Positions 23,997 to 34,827 of a stretch of DNA of 64,000 bases are shown piece by piece. This DNA comes from Eledone cirrhosa. Its lineage: Eukaryota. Where the stretch lies: assembly GCA_964016885.1 (NCBI GenBank), contig CAXHJY010001609.1, forward strand, positions 310,001-374,000, given 5' to 3'. How positions within the stretch are numbered: position 1 is the first letter of the stretch; every line of letters starts with the position of its first letter. The notes under the pieces are model-generated. The model did not search any database. It was not told where the DNA came from and saw only the letters and a program-made list of their open reading frames with translations. A program made the position numbers and the translations under genes.

Positions 23997-24161
23997 TTAT
24001 ATATATCTATATAGATTTTGAGTTTATGTTGGTTGTATACCAACACCTCAGTATGCAGGCTGGAGCACTCGACGAAGTGCGCAGGTTGGTTTGGTTACTC
24101 CGGAGTAGTGTAAAATAAAGTTAAATAAAAGTCAAATGATTAAAATTTAGCTTCGTTTATT

Positions 24162-24216
24162 ACTGCTATATATATTTCAGTGACAGCCATCTTTGGCTGT
24201 GACCTCTTCAGGCAGT
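24162..24216 (-). ncRNA. Type I hammerhead ribozyme in the PLE terminal repeat
   Basis: Minus: actgc-CTGAAGA-ggtcacagcc-aaagat-ggctgtcact-GAAA-tatata-TA-gcagt. Stem I 5 bp, stem II 9/10 paired, palindromic stem III, AUA triplet. Confidence 0.85.
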
Positions 24217-25404
24217 TTGAATTAGTATGGTATAGACAAGTACATATGTTGTTTAGGTGTATGATATTGTCAATACTCTGGTATGCCCAGTTCCTTGCTG
24301 GGTTGTTAATTCACTGGGGAACTGGAGTCATATGAATTCAAACAAACGAATTTTCGTGTCACAGGTCCCCTTCTCCTCTCATTGGTCAGTTATTAGTGTT
24401 GTCATTGTTGGAGTTAGCTTAAAAATTGATAAAATGGTAGAAGGGACAAGGTGTTGAAGGAACAAAATATCAAAAAATGTGTCAAACTTCCCATTGTTCA
24501 GTTCTGAGAGCATTCCTCAGTCAGAAGTCTATAGAATTCTTTCTGGGGTGAGGCTCCCTGTAGTGTTTATGCCTGCTATTGTTCAGTACATTTGACCTCC
24601 ACCATTATTTTGGTACTGTTGTTGTTGTAGTGGTCAGCTTATATCTTGCTGCTGCTAACAATTTAGAAGTATTCAGTTTGTGTTTTCTCTTCATCCCACC
24701 CGCCACCATCGTAGTGGTGGTGGCGGGGGGGGGGGGGGTTATTTCATGTATATGAAGAAATATAAGGCAATAAATGAAGAAAACAGAAGATAAATAAATA
24801 ATATAATAAAATAAAATAATTAATATAATTTGTGTAATTTGAAAATAAATAAATAAATAGAGAATAAAGAATAAAGAGTAAATGAGAGATTGGTGAAAAA
24901 GTAATGATAATGTATATGGAGAAGTGAGAAATAATGTAGGATAAAGTGTGTGTGTGTGTGTGCTATAACCAATCTCAAGGTCAGAATATGTTGGATAGAT
25001 TGGTATGATACAAGATGTTAAGATGAGATATTCAATGTGTTTGTGTTATAATCTATCTCAACTTAAAATAAATATAAGGTTATACAGTGAAGAGGGCAGA
25101 AAACAAATAACAAATTAATATAGAGAAATCAAGATTTAAGATTGGAACTTTAAAGTCAGAAATCTGGTAAATTAAAAGTGTTTGTGTTATAGATGTTGGC
25201 CAGATTATTATGGCTGTGTCCGATTCTGTCTCTAGGCTATCATGGTGTCTGCTCCGCCTGGGTTGTTCCCTATGGCTTGAGGGGAGTTCACAACCTAGGG
25301 TGTTGTAATTGTCCATATAGCTTGAGGGAGGTCTGGCCGAGAGGTGTTTTCATGTTCTGTAGAAGTCCCTATAGCTTGAGGGGAGTTCACATCTTCTTGT
25401 GTTG

Positions 25405-26045
25405 CTACTGTCCATATATTTTGAGAAAGGTCCCGGCTCTAAGGTGTCTGCATGTCCCGAAGAAGTCGGTTCTGAGGTTTATCAGGCCGCTTCCACCTCT
25501 TAGTATCTCGAGGGTCTCGTTCAGGCATAGTTTGCATATGCAAGATCCCCCTTTATCGGGTGGTACTTTCCTGATTATGTACCAGGCCAGAGAGTATGGG
25601 GTCCTGTCCAGCTTAAGCTTCCAGATCAGGTCGGAGAGAGCTGTGCTTTTCCTTTTGGCCTCCTTCTTGAATGAATGGCGATGGTTGTACCAGCGGTCCT
25701 TAAAGCTCGTTGATGTGGCTCCTATGTAGAGGTGTTCGGAGTTGGGGGTTTTAACCCTACAACCGTACACTGTGTTCTTCTTGAGACATTCATTACCAAG
25801 GGGGCATGATTCGGGGTTTCTACAGTTGCAGAGGGTGAGCGGCCTCTGCGTGCTTAGATTAGGGTTCTCATTATTTGTTACATGTTGGTCTTCCCCCATG
25901 CTCGGTGGGGGGTCCTTGGGTCTGTTTGTGTTTCTTGGGTGGGCTCTGGGTCCCCCCTTCCCTCCTTTCACATGGTTCTGCTGAGTGTTTGTATTGCCAT
26001 CTTCTGGTTGTGTGTGGTTTTTAAGCCTACTTCTGTTGATGCTAT
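25405..26045 (-). pseudogene. GIY-YIG endonuclease domain of the truncated PLE ORF
   Basis: VYGC...LYIGAT motif plus Cys clusters; RT portion missing. Confidence 0.8.
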
Positions 26046-26338
26046 CTATATATATATATATATCTATATATATCTATATATATATATATCTATATATATA
26101 TCTATATATATCTATATATATATCTATATATATCTATATATATATATATCTATATATATATATATATCTATATATATATATATCTATATATATATATATC
26201 TATATATATATATATCTATATATATATATATATATAGATATATATATATATATATATATATATAGATATTTAGGCGAAATAGTTAAACAAAAAAAAAAAA
26301 AGAAGTTTTTTCTTGTTGAAAAGTCAATATTTTTTTAA

Positions 26339-28132
26339 ATGGCCGAAGCTTCTTCACCAAAATTCGAAGGAGGAAAGGGGAAGTTGAACTTACAGCTTCC
26401 CCCTGCCACTGTCACAGTAGCAGAGGCCAAGAAGAAAGGTCAGCCAGAGGAAGAATTCTCTCCACCTGTTAACCGACAACTTGACGTTGCCATGGCAACA
26501 ACCCAAAGAACCAGCAGCAACAGCAACAACAACAACAATGCGACGGACGAAAACAACACCAATAACAATAACAATAACAACAACAACAAGACCAATAACG
26601 GTGACAACAACAACAATGATAACAACAACACCACCAACGACAACAACAACACAAACAAACAAAATTTCTCCTTCGCCGAGACGACAAGGAAAACCCTCGA
26701 CTATCTGCCAGTAGATATAACAAAAGCGAAGGAGCTACTGGCGGATGCGAAAAAATATATAGTGTACGGGGAAAATGGTTCATTCACAATCCATTCCCCC
26801 CCGGAACTAAAAAGCCAGAGACTCCTAAACACGGTCATGTTTAGGACAATCTCGAACAAAAGTAAAAAACCAGCTCAACCATCACAGAGCGAGATAGAGC
26901 TGGTTTTAAAAGACGTCATAAAGGACATCACCTTCATTCAGAAGGATAGACTCTACGGGAGTCTATCCATTCTCATGAAGGACAGGGACACAGCAGTGAA
27001 ACTGTCCATCAAACCAATCACATCCACCGCATACACCTTCTACCCTACGTACATGGGTAGAAGAACACAAAAAATAAAAATCCACACCATCCTGCCGATT
27101 ATGGACATATGGTGGGTTTTGACAGGTTTTCTGGACCTGGAGGATGACATGCTGGTGTCCATGGGAAAGGCATCGGGTGACGCGTTCAGTGGAACGAGCC
27201 TCGAACTTGTAGTTCAAATGAGGCCCGAAAGGATCGCCCAGATCCCTGAACGCGTCATACTGGATGATCTAACCTTCATCAACATTACCGTTGAGGGTAG
27301 ACGGCCCTCGTGTTACCTCTGCGGAACCAGAGGTCACCTGAGGGCTGTCTGTCCCCAACTTAATAAGAAAACCCCAATCCTGCCTACACCACCAACAACT
27401 GCACAACCAACACAATCACCACAACTACCACTACAAAAACAACCACCACAGCTCAAACCAAAACAAAACAATGTCCAACCCATCCCCTCCACTCAAAAAA
27501 CAAAAACAATTTCCAAAACACCCGTACCGCAAACACAACCCGAAAATATACCCCTCCCCTCCAACGCGGAAGATGACCCTAGTTCGTCGTCAGACGAGGA
27601 GGAGCACTTCCACACAATCAAAAGAAAAAAAAGAAAACACACCTCAGACACACAAATGAAAAAAAAACCTCCCCAAAACATGACACTGATACCAACACAA
27701 AAGAGCTCACAACAACAGCAAACAAAAAACACCACACAAAAACAAAAACATGCATACACATACATAAATACAAGAAACAAAAAACTGTTAAACATTGTGT
27801 ACAACAACAATCTAATAAAAACACAAGGGCCTAACTTCACCCAGGCAGGGGATTTCCCCCACCTCAAAATGATTAAGGCCCCACAGGACACCTATAAAAC
27901 TTTAAAAAACAATTTTAAAGAGGACGTGGGTCCCCCCTGCGTCGGGCCCATTAACCGCGTCCTCCTAAAAAACTATCCCACCCCCTCCCTAAACACCCAC
28001 ACAACTCCAAGCTCCCCAACCACACAACACACTGATGCCCCCACACTTCCACAAACCACCACCCCACCCAACAACCCATCCCCCACCCTAATGGAAATTG
28101 TGCAGCCCGATACTCGGGACGCAGAGAGGTAA
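26339..28132 (+). CDS. Tx1-like ORF1 (gag-like, CCHC zinc knuckle, Asn-rich and Pro/Gln/Thr-rich low-complexity regions)
   Basis: ATG start, 597 aa, CYLCGTRGHLRAVC knuckle. Confidence 0.85.
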   Translation: MAEASSPKFEGGKGKLNLQLPPATVTVAEAKKKGQPEEEFSPPVNRQLDVAMATTQRTSSNSNNNNNATDENNTNNNNNNNNNKTNNGDNNNNDNNNTTNDNNNTNKQNFSFAETTRKTLDYLPVDITKAKELLADAKKYIVYGENGSFTIHSPPELKSQRLLNTVMFRTISNKSKKPAQPSQSEIELVLKDVIKDITFIQKDRLYGSLSILMKDRDTAVKLSIKPITSTAYTFYPTYMGRRTQKIKIHTILPIMDIWWVLTGFLDLEDDMLVSMGKASGDAFSGTSLELVVQMRPERIAQIPERVILDDLTFINITVEGRRPSCYLCGTRGHLRAVCPQLNKKTPILPTPPTTAQPTQSPQLPLQKQPPQLKPKQNNVQPIPSTQKTKTISKTPVPQTQPENIPLPSNAEDDPSSSSDEEEHFHTIKRKKRKHTSDTQMKKKPPQNMTLIPTQKSSQQQQTKNTTQKQKHAYTYINTRNKKLLNIVYNNNLIKTQGPNFTQAGDFPHLKMIKAPQDTYKTLKNNFKEDVGPPCVGPINRVLLKNYPTPSLNTHTTPSSPTTQHTDAPTLPQTTTPPNNPSPTLMEIVQPDTRDAER

Positions 28133-28156
28133 GTGCCTTTTCTCTTCACCACCAAC

Positions 28157-31100
28157 ATGGCTATGCTAAGAGTAGGCTGTTTAAATGCGCGTGGCCTGGG
28201 CTCAACTTGGAAGCAAGCAATGCTTCTAAATGACCTCAGGTCACAACGTATAGATGTGATGGTTATTTGCGAGGCCCGGATCAGCAACGTGCGACAGCTG
28301 GCCCCCACCTTTGATGACTTTGAGATGCACACATCTCTCTGTCAGCCCGGAGGTGGGGGTGGAGTTGTCGTTCTGCTGCAAAAACATCTGGGTCTCGCAA
28401 CACAGATGGTACATTTGGACCTGGAGGGTCGACTAGTGGTTCTGGATCTTGGCAGTGGTAAAGGCGGAGCGTTTAGGTTGGTAGCCGCCTACGGCCCTTT
28501 CGGGTCAATGCGGCCGGACTTCTTCCATCGTCTGGAGACTTTTCTAGGGACGTCCCACTCCTTGCTATTAGTGGGGAACTGGAATGGTATCCTAGATGCA
28601 CGCTGGGACTACGTAGGGGCCTGCTCCGATAGAGAGGGGTGTAATAGCCTCAAAGGGTTAATCGGTCGATTTGACCTGGCCGATAGATATCGACTAGATT
28701 TTCCGACTGCGCCAACCTGGACTTGGGCAAATCGTAGTGGATCATCTAGGTCGTACCTAGATAGGTTCTTAGTTAGAATTAAGGATAAGGACTTTTTAAG
28801 TTGTCCAAAAATGCGCATGGTTGGCTATTCAGACCACAAATTAGTGACCTGCATGGTCAACCTTGACAGAACTCATAGACAGGGCCCCGGTTACTGGAAG
28901 CTCAACTTGTCCTTGCCGGCAAGTAGAGCCTACAGGAATCGGATTAGTACGTTAGTTAAGGAACGGTTGACTGGAGCGATCGTCAACAGCAGGTGGTGGG
29001 TATCTCTAAAGAGAGAGATTAGAGTAGTCGCGATAGAATTTAGTAAGGTTCTAGCTGCGGATAGGAATAGGAAGGAAAGGGAGCTAATAGATAGAGTAGA
29101 AGAGGCAATTAGAAGCGGCGACGTGGCCAGAGTGCTAGCGTCGAGAACGGCTTTGAGCCAGTTTTTCGACGCGAAGCACGAAGGCTGCGTTGTCCGAAGT
29201 AAAATACGTGCTCTAGGGAACGAGGGGACCAAAGCTGTTAGCTGGGCCCGCGTGACAGAGGCCAACAGTGGAACTAAATCCACCATCCGGTCTTTGCGAG
29301 ACCTGGATGGACGGGCGATTCTTGGGCCTAAGCAGATGTGTGAGGCCTTTCAAAGGCACTTTGCCCGACTGTTCGGGAGGGGCGGGGAGCCGGTTGGGAA
29401 CGTGGACTCCGGTCCATACCTCGACGGCCTGCCGCGCCTCTCGGACAGGGAGGCGAAGTCCTGCGAGGAGCCGATTTCGGCCGCTGAGATAGAGGACGTG
29501 CTGAGCCAATGCGGCAAACGCAAATCCCCGGGTCTCGATGGTCTTCCTTACGAATTATATCTAGCTATGCCGGACTTGTTCCCCGATCTCCTCGAGGCGG
29601 TCTACTGCAACTGGCAACAGAACGGGAGAATTCCCTGTACTGTGACCAAGGGCGTAGTCACGCTAGTGAGGAAGGACGAGAACAAGGGGGACGAAATAAG
29701 TAACTTCAGGCCCATAACTCTGCTAAATACAGAGTTACAGATTTTGGCCAAGGTGCTAGCAAAGAGGTTGGCGCTTGTCGTGGGCAACCTGGTGGGAGAT
29801 GCGCAGACATGCGCTATCCCGTCCAGGTCCATCCATGACAACCTCCACCTCATGCGATACATCATAGAGAGGGTTGGGAACGAACCCGGCTTTGGTGGGG
29901 CTCTGATCAACTTGGATCAATCTAAGGCGTTCGATAGGGTCGACCATGGTTACCTGGATGCGGTGTTAGCGGCGGCAGGCTTCGGACCCGTTTTCAGGGG
30001 CTGGATCACTGCTATGCACAGCAGCCGCATCTGCTCTAGGGTCAAGGTGAACGGCTACCTCTCGGAGCCGTTCAAAATCGCGCGGTCCATCCGACAAGGG
30101 TGCCCTCTCTCCTCCCTTCTGTATGTGTTGACTCTCGAGCCACTACTGCGGAAGTTGGAGTTGTTGCAGGGCATCCCTTTGGAACCGGGATTGCGGAAAG
30201 CGGTGTCAGCCTACGCCGATGATGTGACAGTAATGGTGTCGACGGCCTCCGAAATCGAGGCGGTCGGCACCTTACTGGAGGAGTACGAAAAGTTCACAGG
30301 GGCTAAGCTGAACCGGGACAAGTCGATCGGTTTGCAACTCGGCACGTGGAGGGGCAGACCGATGCCCTCCGATGGCGTCGTCGGACGCTGGACGGAGGGC
30401 CCGGTGAAGTTGCTCGGGGTCTGGTTCGGACCGGACCTCCAGGTGGAGAAAAACTGGGCGGAGGTTACGAACAGGGTGTTTGCACTGACCCAGAAGTGGG
30501 CCAGTTGCAAACTATCCCTGAAAGGTCGGGCGGAGGTGGCGAACACTTATATAGCGTCCGTCATCTACTACCGCCTGACCGTAGTGCCCTGCCCAAGGGA
30601 AACCCTCACCAAGATGGAGCGCGCGCTCTTCCAATTCCTTTGGAAGAGGCGGGCTCCTATGGTGAGGAGATCCATCTGCTGTCAACACCCTTCGAAAGGA
30701 GGGCTGGGGATGCCGTGGCTAATGATGCGTAAACACGCATTAAGGCTACGGCACCTCTACGTATTCCTCACCGGACAACCGGTGTGGGCCTCGTTTGTGA
30801 GACGAACCTTTCCCAGACTCGTCTCACTCACCGAGCTGCAATCCTGGGTCAAGCAAAGACCGAGAAAACTGGGCGCCTGGCACACTGAGTGTGCCCAGGC
30901 GCTCACCGCCCTCTGGCAGGCGGATCCGGTTATCAGTGGAGACTCCACCACAAGATTCTATAGAGGGCTGGTACGCAGCAGGTGCGACGACGCCCTCGGA
31001 GAAGCCCTAGACATGGAGGAGGACGAACTGGCCAGCCTGTTCGGTAGGACATTCAGCCCGGGACCTATGGACAACTTCCAGAAGTCCCTGGCCTGGCAGT

Positions 31101-31594
31101 GCTACCGAGGGGCTTTACCCGTTCGAGAAAGGCTCTACAGACACGGGCGCCCGGGTAGGGACCCCGCCAAAAAGATCTGTCCCAGATGCGTGTGCGACGA
31201 GGAAACCGTTGCACACGCATTAGTACACTGCTCGGGCGTAGCCGATCTGTGGGGCTATGTCGAACAACTGCTGTCAAGGGTGGGACCGATCCGGTTGACC
31301 ACCGAGTCTATTGTAATGATCAAGCCGCCTCCCCCCTTCAAAGATGAAGCAGAGGCGGTGTTTCTGTGCGTAATAGCCATGGCGAAAGAGGTTGTATGGT
31401 GGACGCATCTGAAAGGACTGAAGTCGGGCACCTTTCTCTCTGGCCAACAACTGGTCCGTTTCTTCCGATATCATTTTGGAAGAAGGATCAGGATGGAGAG
31501 AGAGGTGCTGCACCCCAGCCGTTTCTATGAAAGATGGGTGAAAGTGGCGAGAATGGCCCGTGTGAATGGGCCTTCACTCTACATCAGACTATAG
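28157..31594 (+). CDS. Tx1-like ORF2 (APE endonuclease, RT, C-terminal zinc finger)
   Basis: LNARGL, SYLDRF, SDHK, GPGYWKLN, KSPGLDG, RPITLLN, LDQSKAFDRV, QGCPLS, YADD, GGLGMP, CPRC...E...H...C. First ATG at 28157; the frame opens at 28133. Confidence 0.92.
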   Translation: MAMLRVGCLNARGLGSTWKQAMLLNDLRSQRIDVMVICEARISNVRQLAPTFDDFEMHTSLCQPGGGGGVVVLLQKHLGLATQMVHLDLEGRLVVLDLGSGKGGAFRLVAAYGPFGSMRPDFFHRLETFLGTSHSLLLVGNWNGILDARWDYVGACSDREGCNSLKGLIGRFDLADRYRLDFPTAPTWTWANRSGSSRSYLDRFLVRIKDKDFLSCPKMRMVGYSDHKLVTCMVNLDRTHRQGPGYWKLNLSLPASRAYRNRISTLVKERLTGAIVNSRWWVSLKREIRVVAIEFSKVLAADRNRKERELIDRVEEAIRSGDVARVLASRTALSQFFDAKHEGCVVRSKIRALGNEGTKAVSWARVTEANSGTKSTIRSLRDLDGRAILGPKQMCEAFQRHFARLFGRGGEPVGNVDSGPYLDGLPRLSDREAKSCEEPISAAEIEDVLSQCGKRKSPGLDGLPYELYLAMPDLFPDLLEAVYCNWQQNGRIPCTVTKGVVTLVRKDENKGDEISNFRPITLLNTELQILAKVLAKRLALVVGNLVGDAQTCAIPSRSIHDNLHLMRYIIERVGNEPGFGGALINLDQSKAFDRVDHGYLDAVLAAAGFGPVFRGWITAMHSSRICSRVKVNGYLSEPFKIARSIRQGCPLSSLLYVLTLEPLLRKLELLQGIPLEPGLRKAVSAYADDVTVMVSTASEIEAVGTLLEEYEKFTGAKLNRDKSIGLQLGTWRGRPMPSDGVVGRWTEGPVKLLGVWFGPDLQVEKNWAEVTNRVFALTQKWASCKLSLKGRAEVANTYIASVIYYRLTVVPCPRETLTKMERALFQFLWKRRAPMVRRSICCQHPSKGGLGMPWLMMRKHALRLRHLYVFLTGQPVWASFVRRTFPRLVSLTELQSWVKQRPRKLGAWHTECAQALTALWQADPVISGDSTTRFYRGLVRSRCDDALGEALDMEEDELASLFGRTFSPGPMDNFQKSLAWQCYRGALPVRERLYRHGRPGRDPAKKICPRCVCDEETVAHALVHCSGVADLWGYVEQLLSRVGPIRLTTESIVMIKPPPPFKDEAEAVFLCVIAMAKEVVWWTHLKGLKSGTFLSGQQLVRFFRYHFGRRIRMEREVLHPSRFYERWVKVARMARVNGPSLYIRL

Positions 31595-31856
31595 GTGAGG
31601 AAGATGAAAGACCAAGGGAGCACCCCTTCTCTGTGCTCCTGAGGAGAAGGGTTGCACACTTTTTTCGGGGGTGTGTGCGACCCCCCAAGGCGCCTCCTCT
31701 CTATTGAGGATTTTGTTAAAAATTTTATTTTTTGTTATATCTTATTTTATTTTTATATTTTGTTATTGCCTCCTCCTTATTGAGGACGCCTTTTTGTGTA
31801 AACTCCCCCCTTTGTACTTGTCCCACTTTTGATGCCCTAGTGGCAAATAAAAGAAA

Positions 31857-32081
31857 TATATCTATATATATATATATCTATATATATATATATATATATC
31901 TATATCTATATATATATATATATCTATATATATCTATATCTATATATATATATCTATATATATATATATATATATATCTATATATATATATATATCTATA
32001 TATATATATATATCTATATCTATATATATATCTATATATATATATATATCTATATCTATATATATATCTATATCTATATAT

Positions 32082-32112
<31 letters not shown>

Positions 32113-32120
32113 TATCTATA

Positions 32121-32163
<43 letters not shown>

Positions 32164-32180
32164 ATATATATATCTAATAT

Positions 32181-32235
<55 letters not shown>

Positions 32236-32356
32236 ATATCTATATATATATCTATATCTATATATATATCTATATCTATATCTATATCTATATATATATC
32301 TATATCTATATATATATCTATATATATATATATATATATATATATCTATATATATA

Positions 32357-32397
<41 letters not shown>

Positions 32398-32426
32398 ATA
32401 TATATATATATATATATATCTATATA
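31857..32426. repeat. (TA)n/(TATC)n microsatellite
   Basis: Directly visible. Confidence 0.9.
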
Positions 32427-33484
32427 CTTAGTATGGCACTTACTTAAATGTAAGTATGCATGTATACGTACATACATATATGTATACAGACGTACAGTAG
32501 CATGCACATATATATATATATATACATATATATATACATATGCATACAGGTACACATACATATATGCACGTATCAGTTTAGCGGCGCTAACGTCGCTTTG
32601 TTCGTTTGTAAACAAACTGAACAGCCTGAATTTATGCCATACGGTGTTAAGGCAACCACGTCACCTTTTTGTTCAACACTGACACAGGAACGATGTACTA
32701 GTTTCAAGCTTGTTAGCTATCATCAGCACCGTTTACCCATCTGCCAGATAGTTGAACGTTCGAAAGTATATACTTTCCTTATGAAAATTAACGGCTGAGC
32801 AGCCTAATTTGCATATTGAGTGAGTTAAATCGGTCAGGCATACCGAAAACGATAAATTGAAACAAAATGAAAACGAAATTTCATTTCTCACTCTTAGTAT
32901 GGCACTTACTTAAATGTAAGTATGCATGTATACGTACATACATATATGTATACAGACGTACAGTAGCATGCACATATATATATATATATACATATATATA
33001 TACATATGCATACAGGTACACATACATATATGCACGTATCAGTTTAGCGGCGCTAACGTCGCTTTGTTCGTTTGTAAACAAACTGAACAGCCTGAATTTA
33101 TGCCATACGGTGTTAAGGCAACCACGTCACCTTTTTGTTCAACACTGACACAGGAACGATGTACTAGTTTCAAGCTTGTTAGCTATCATCAGCACCGTTT
33201 ACCAATCTGCCAGATAGCTGAACGTTCGAAAGTATATACTTTCCTTATGAAAATTAACGGCTGAGCAGCCTAATTTGCATATTGAGTGAGTTAAATCGGT
33301 CAGGCATACCGAAAACGATAAATTGAAACAAAATTAAAACGAAATTTCATTTCTCACTCTTAGTATGGCACTTACTTAAATGTAAGTATGCATGTATACG
33401 TACATACATATATATACTTACATTTAAGTAAGTGCCATACTAAGAGTGAGAAATGAAATTTCGTTTTCATTTTGTTTCAATTTA
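32427..33484 (-). repeat. Array A' (466-bp subfamily of A), ~2.1 units, plus a terminal inverted segment at 33414-33484; HHRs at 32689-32733 and 33155-33199
   Basis: Near-identical to A except shortened hairpins and a few diagnostic changes. HHR intact. Confidence 0.92.
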
Positions 33485-33516
33485 TATATATATAAATATA
33501 TCTATATCTATATATA

Positions 33517-33924
33517 TGTCGAGCAATCTTTGAAGTGTGGGGACAGCTGGAAAGCTTCCATTACTCATACTTCTCGCCTTCTTCACCACCTCTTCTACGG
33601 CCTCGATATAAATACCCCCTCCGCCTCCGTGGTATTTTCTTCGGGGTTATAAGAGGCTTAGCTCTGTTTCTCGACCGTTATATCGCGTAACTATCTCCCC
33701 CTCCGCCTTTTGGGATTCTTTCTCACGTCGTGTAGACGTGTTCTTGAGACTAGTAAAATGAGGTATCCTCTAGATAAGTCGGCAGACCTCGCAAGGACTC
33801 TATATCTTTATGATATATTGTTTTTGTTTATGCCACGAAACTACGTAGTCGAGGAATTTAGGAGCAGTTTAGGTATGATACATTTTATTACTATTTATAT
33901 CTAAATGTTTCTTCTCTCTTCATA

Positions 33925-33926
<2 letters not shown>
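33517..33926 (+). other. Orphan ~410-bp insert between TA tracts, containing a candidate variant hammerhead
   Basis: Unique non-repetitive sequence bounded by (TA)n; HHR-like fold at 33766-33855. Confidence 0.55.
33766..33855 (+). ncRNA. Candidate variant-core type I hammerhead (U3-A8, A4)
   Basis: tcctc-TAGATAA-gt(c)ggca...tgccac-GAAA-ctacgtag-TC-gagga. All three stems and the GUC triplet sit in register, but the 5' core deviates from CUGANGA. Confidence 0.55.
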
Positions 33927-33966
<40 letters not shown>

Positions 33967-34073
33967 ATATATATATATATATATCTATATATATATATAT
34001 ATATATCTATATATATATATATATCTATCTATATATATATATATATCTATATATATATATATATATATATATA

Positions 34074-34126
<53 letters not shown>

Positions 34127-34145
34127 ATATATATATATATATATA

Positions 34146-34190
<45 letters not shown>

Positions 34191-34399
34191 ATATATATAT
34201 CTATATATATATATATATCTATATCTATATATATATCTATATATATATATATATATCTATATCTATATATATATCTATATATATATCTATACATATATAT
34301 CTATATATATATATATCTATATATCTATATATCTATATATCTATATATATATATATATATCTATATATCTACATATATATATATCTATATATCTATATA

Positions 34400-34440
<41 letters not shown>

Positions 34441-34728
34441 ATATATATATATCTATATATATCTATATATATATATCTATATATATCTATATATATATAT
34501 ATATATATATCTATATATATATATATAGATATATATATATATATATAGATATATATATATATATATATATAGATATATATATATATATATAGATATATAT
34601 AGATATATATATCTATATATATCTATATATATATATATATATATATATATAGATATATATAGATATATATATCTATATATATCTATATATATATATATAT
34701 ATCTATATATATATATATATATATATAT

Positions 34729-34775
<47 letters not shown>

Positions 34776-34827
34776 TATATATATATATATATAGATATAT
34801 ATATATATATTCTATATATATATATAT
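33927..34827. repeat. (TA)n/(TATC)n microsatellite
   Basis: Directly visible. Confidence 0.9.

Larger units (their letters stand above)
24015..26045 (-). mobile_element. 5'-truncated Penelope-like element (GIY-YIG endonuclease end, 3' region and HHR)
   Basis: ORF 25405-25971 has CNCR..CP..NEC, VYGC...YIGATS..FKDRW..H..SF and CxLC, homologous to the C-terminus of ORF 40625-43087. Reading frame stays open to the TA junction. HHR at 24162-24216. Confidence 0.85.
26266..31856 (+). mobile_element. Apparently full-length Tx1/L1-clade LINE flanked by (TA)n
   Basis: Two abutting ORFs, 3' UTR, AATAAA at 31846-31851, TA tracts on both sides. Confidence 0.9.

Noticed and set aside
33517-33926. Solo LTR interpretation (TG start, TATAAA, CA near the end)
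   Set aside because: No clear terminal inverted repeat, poly(A) signal or resolvable target-site duplication. Not excluded, but unsupported.
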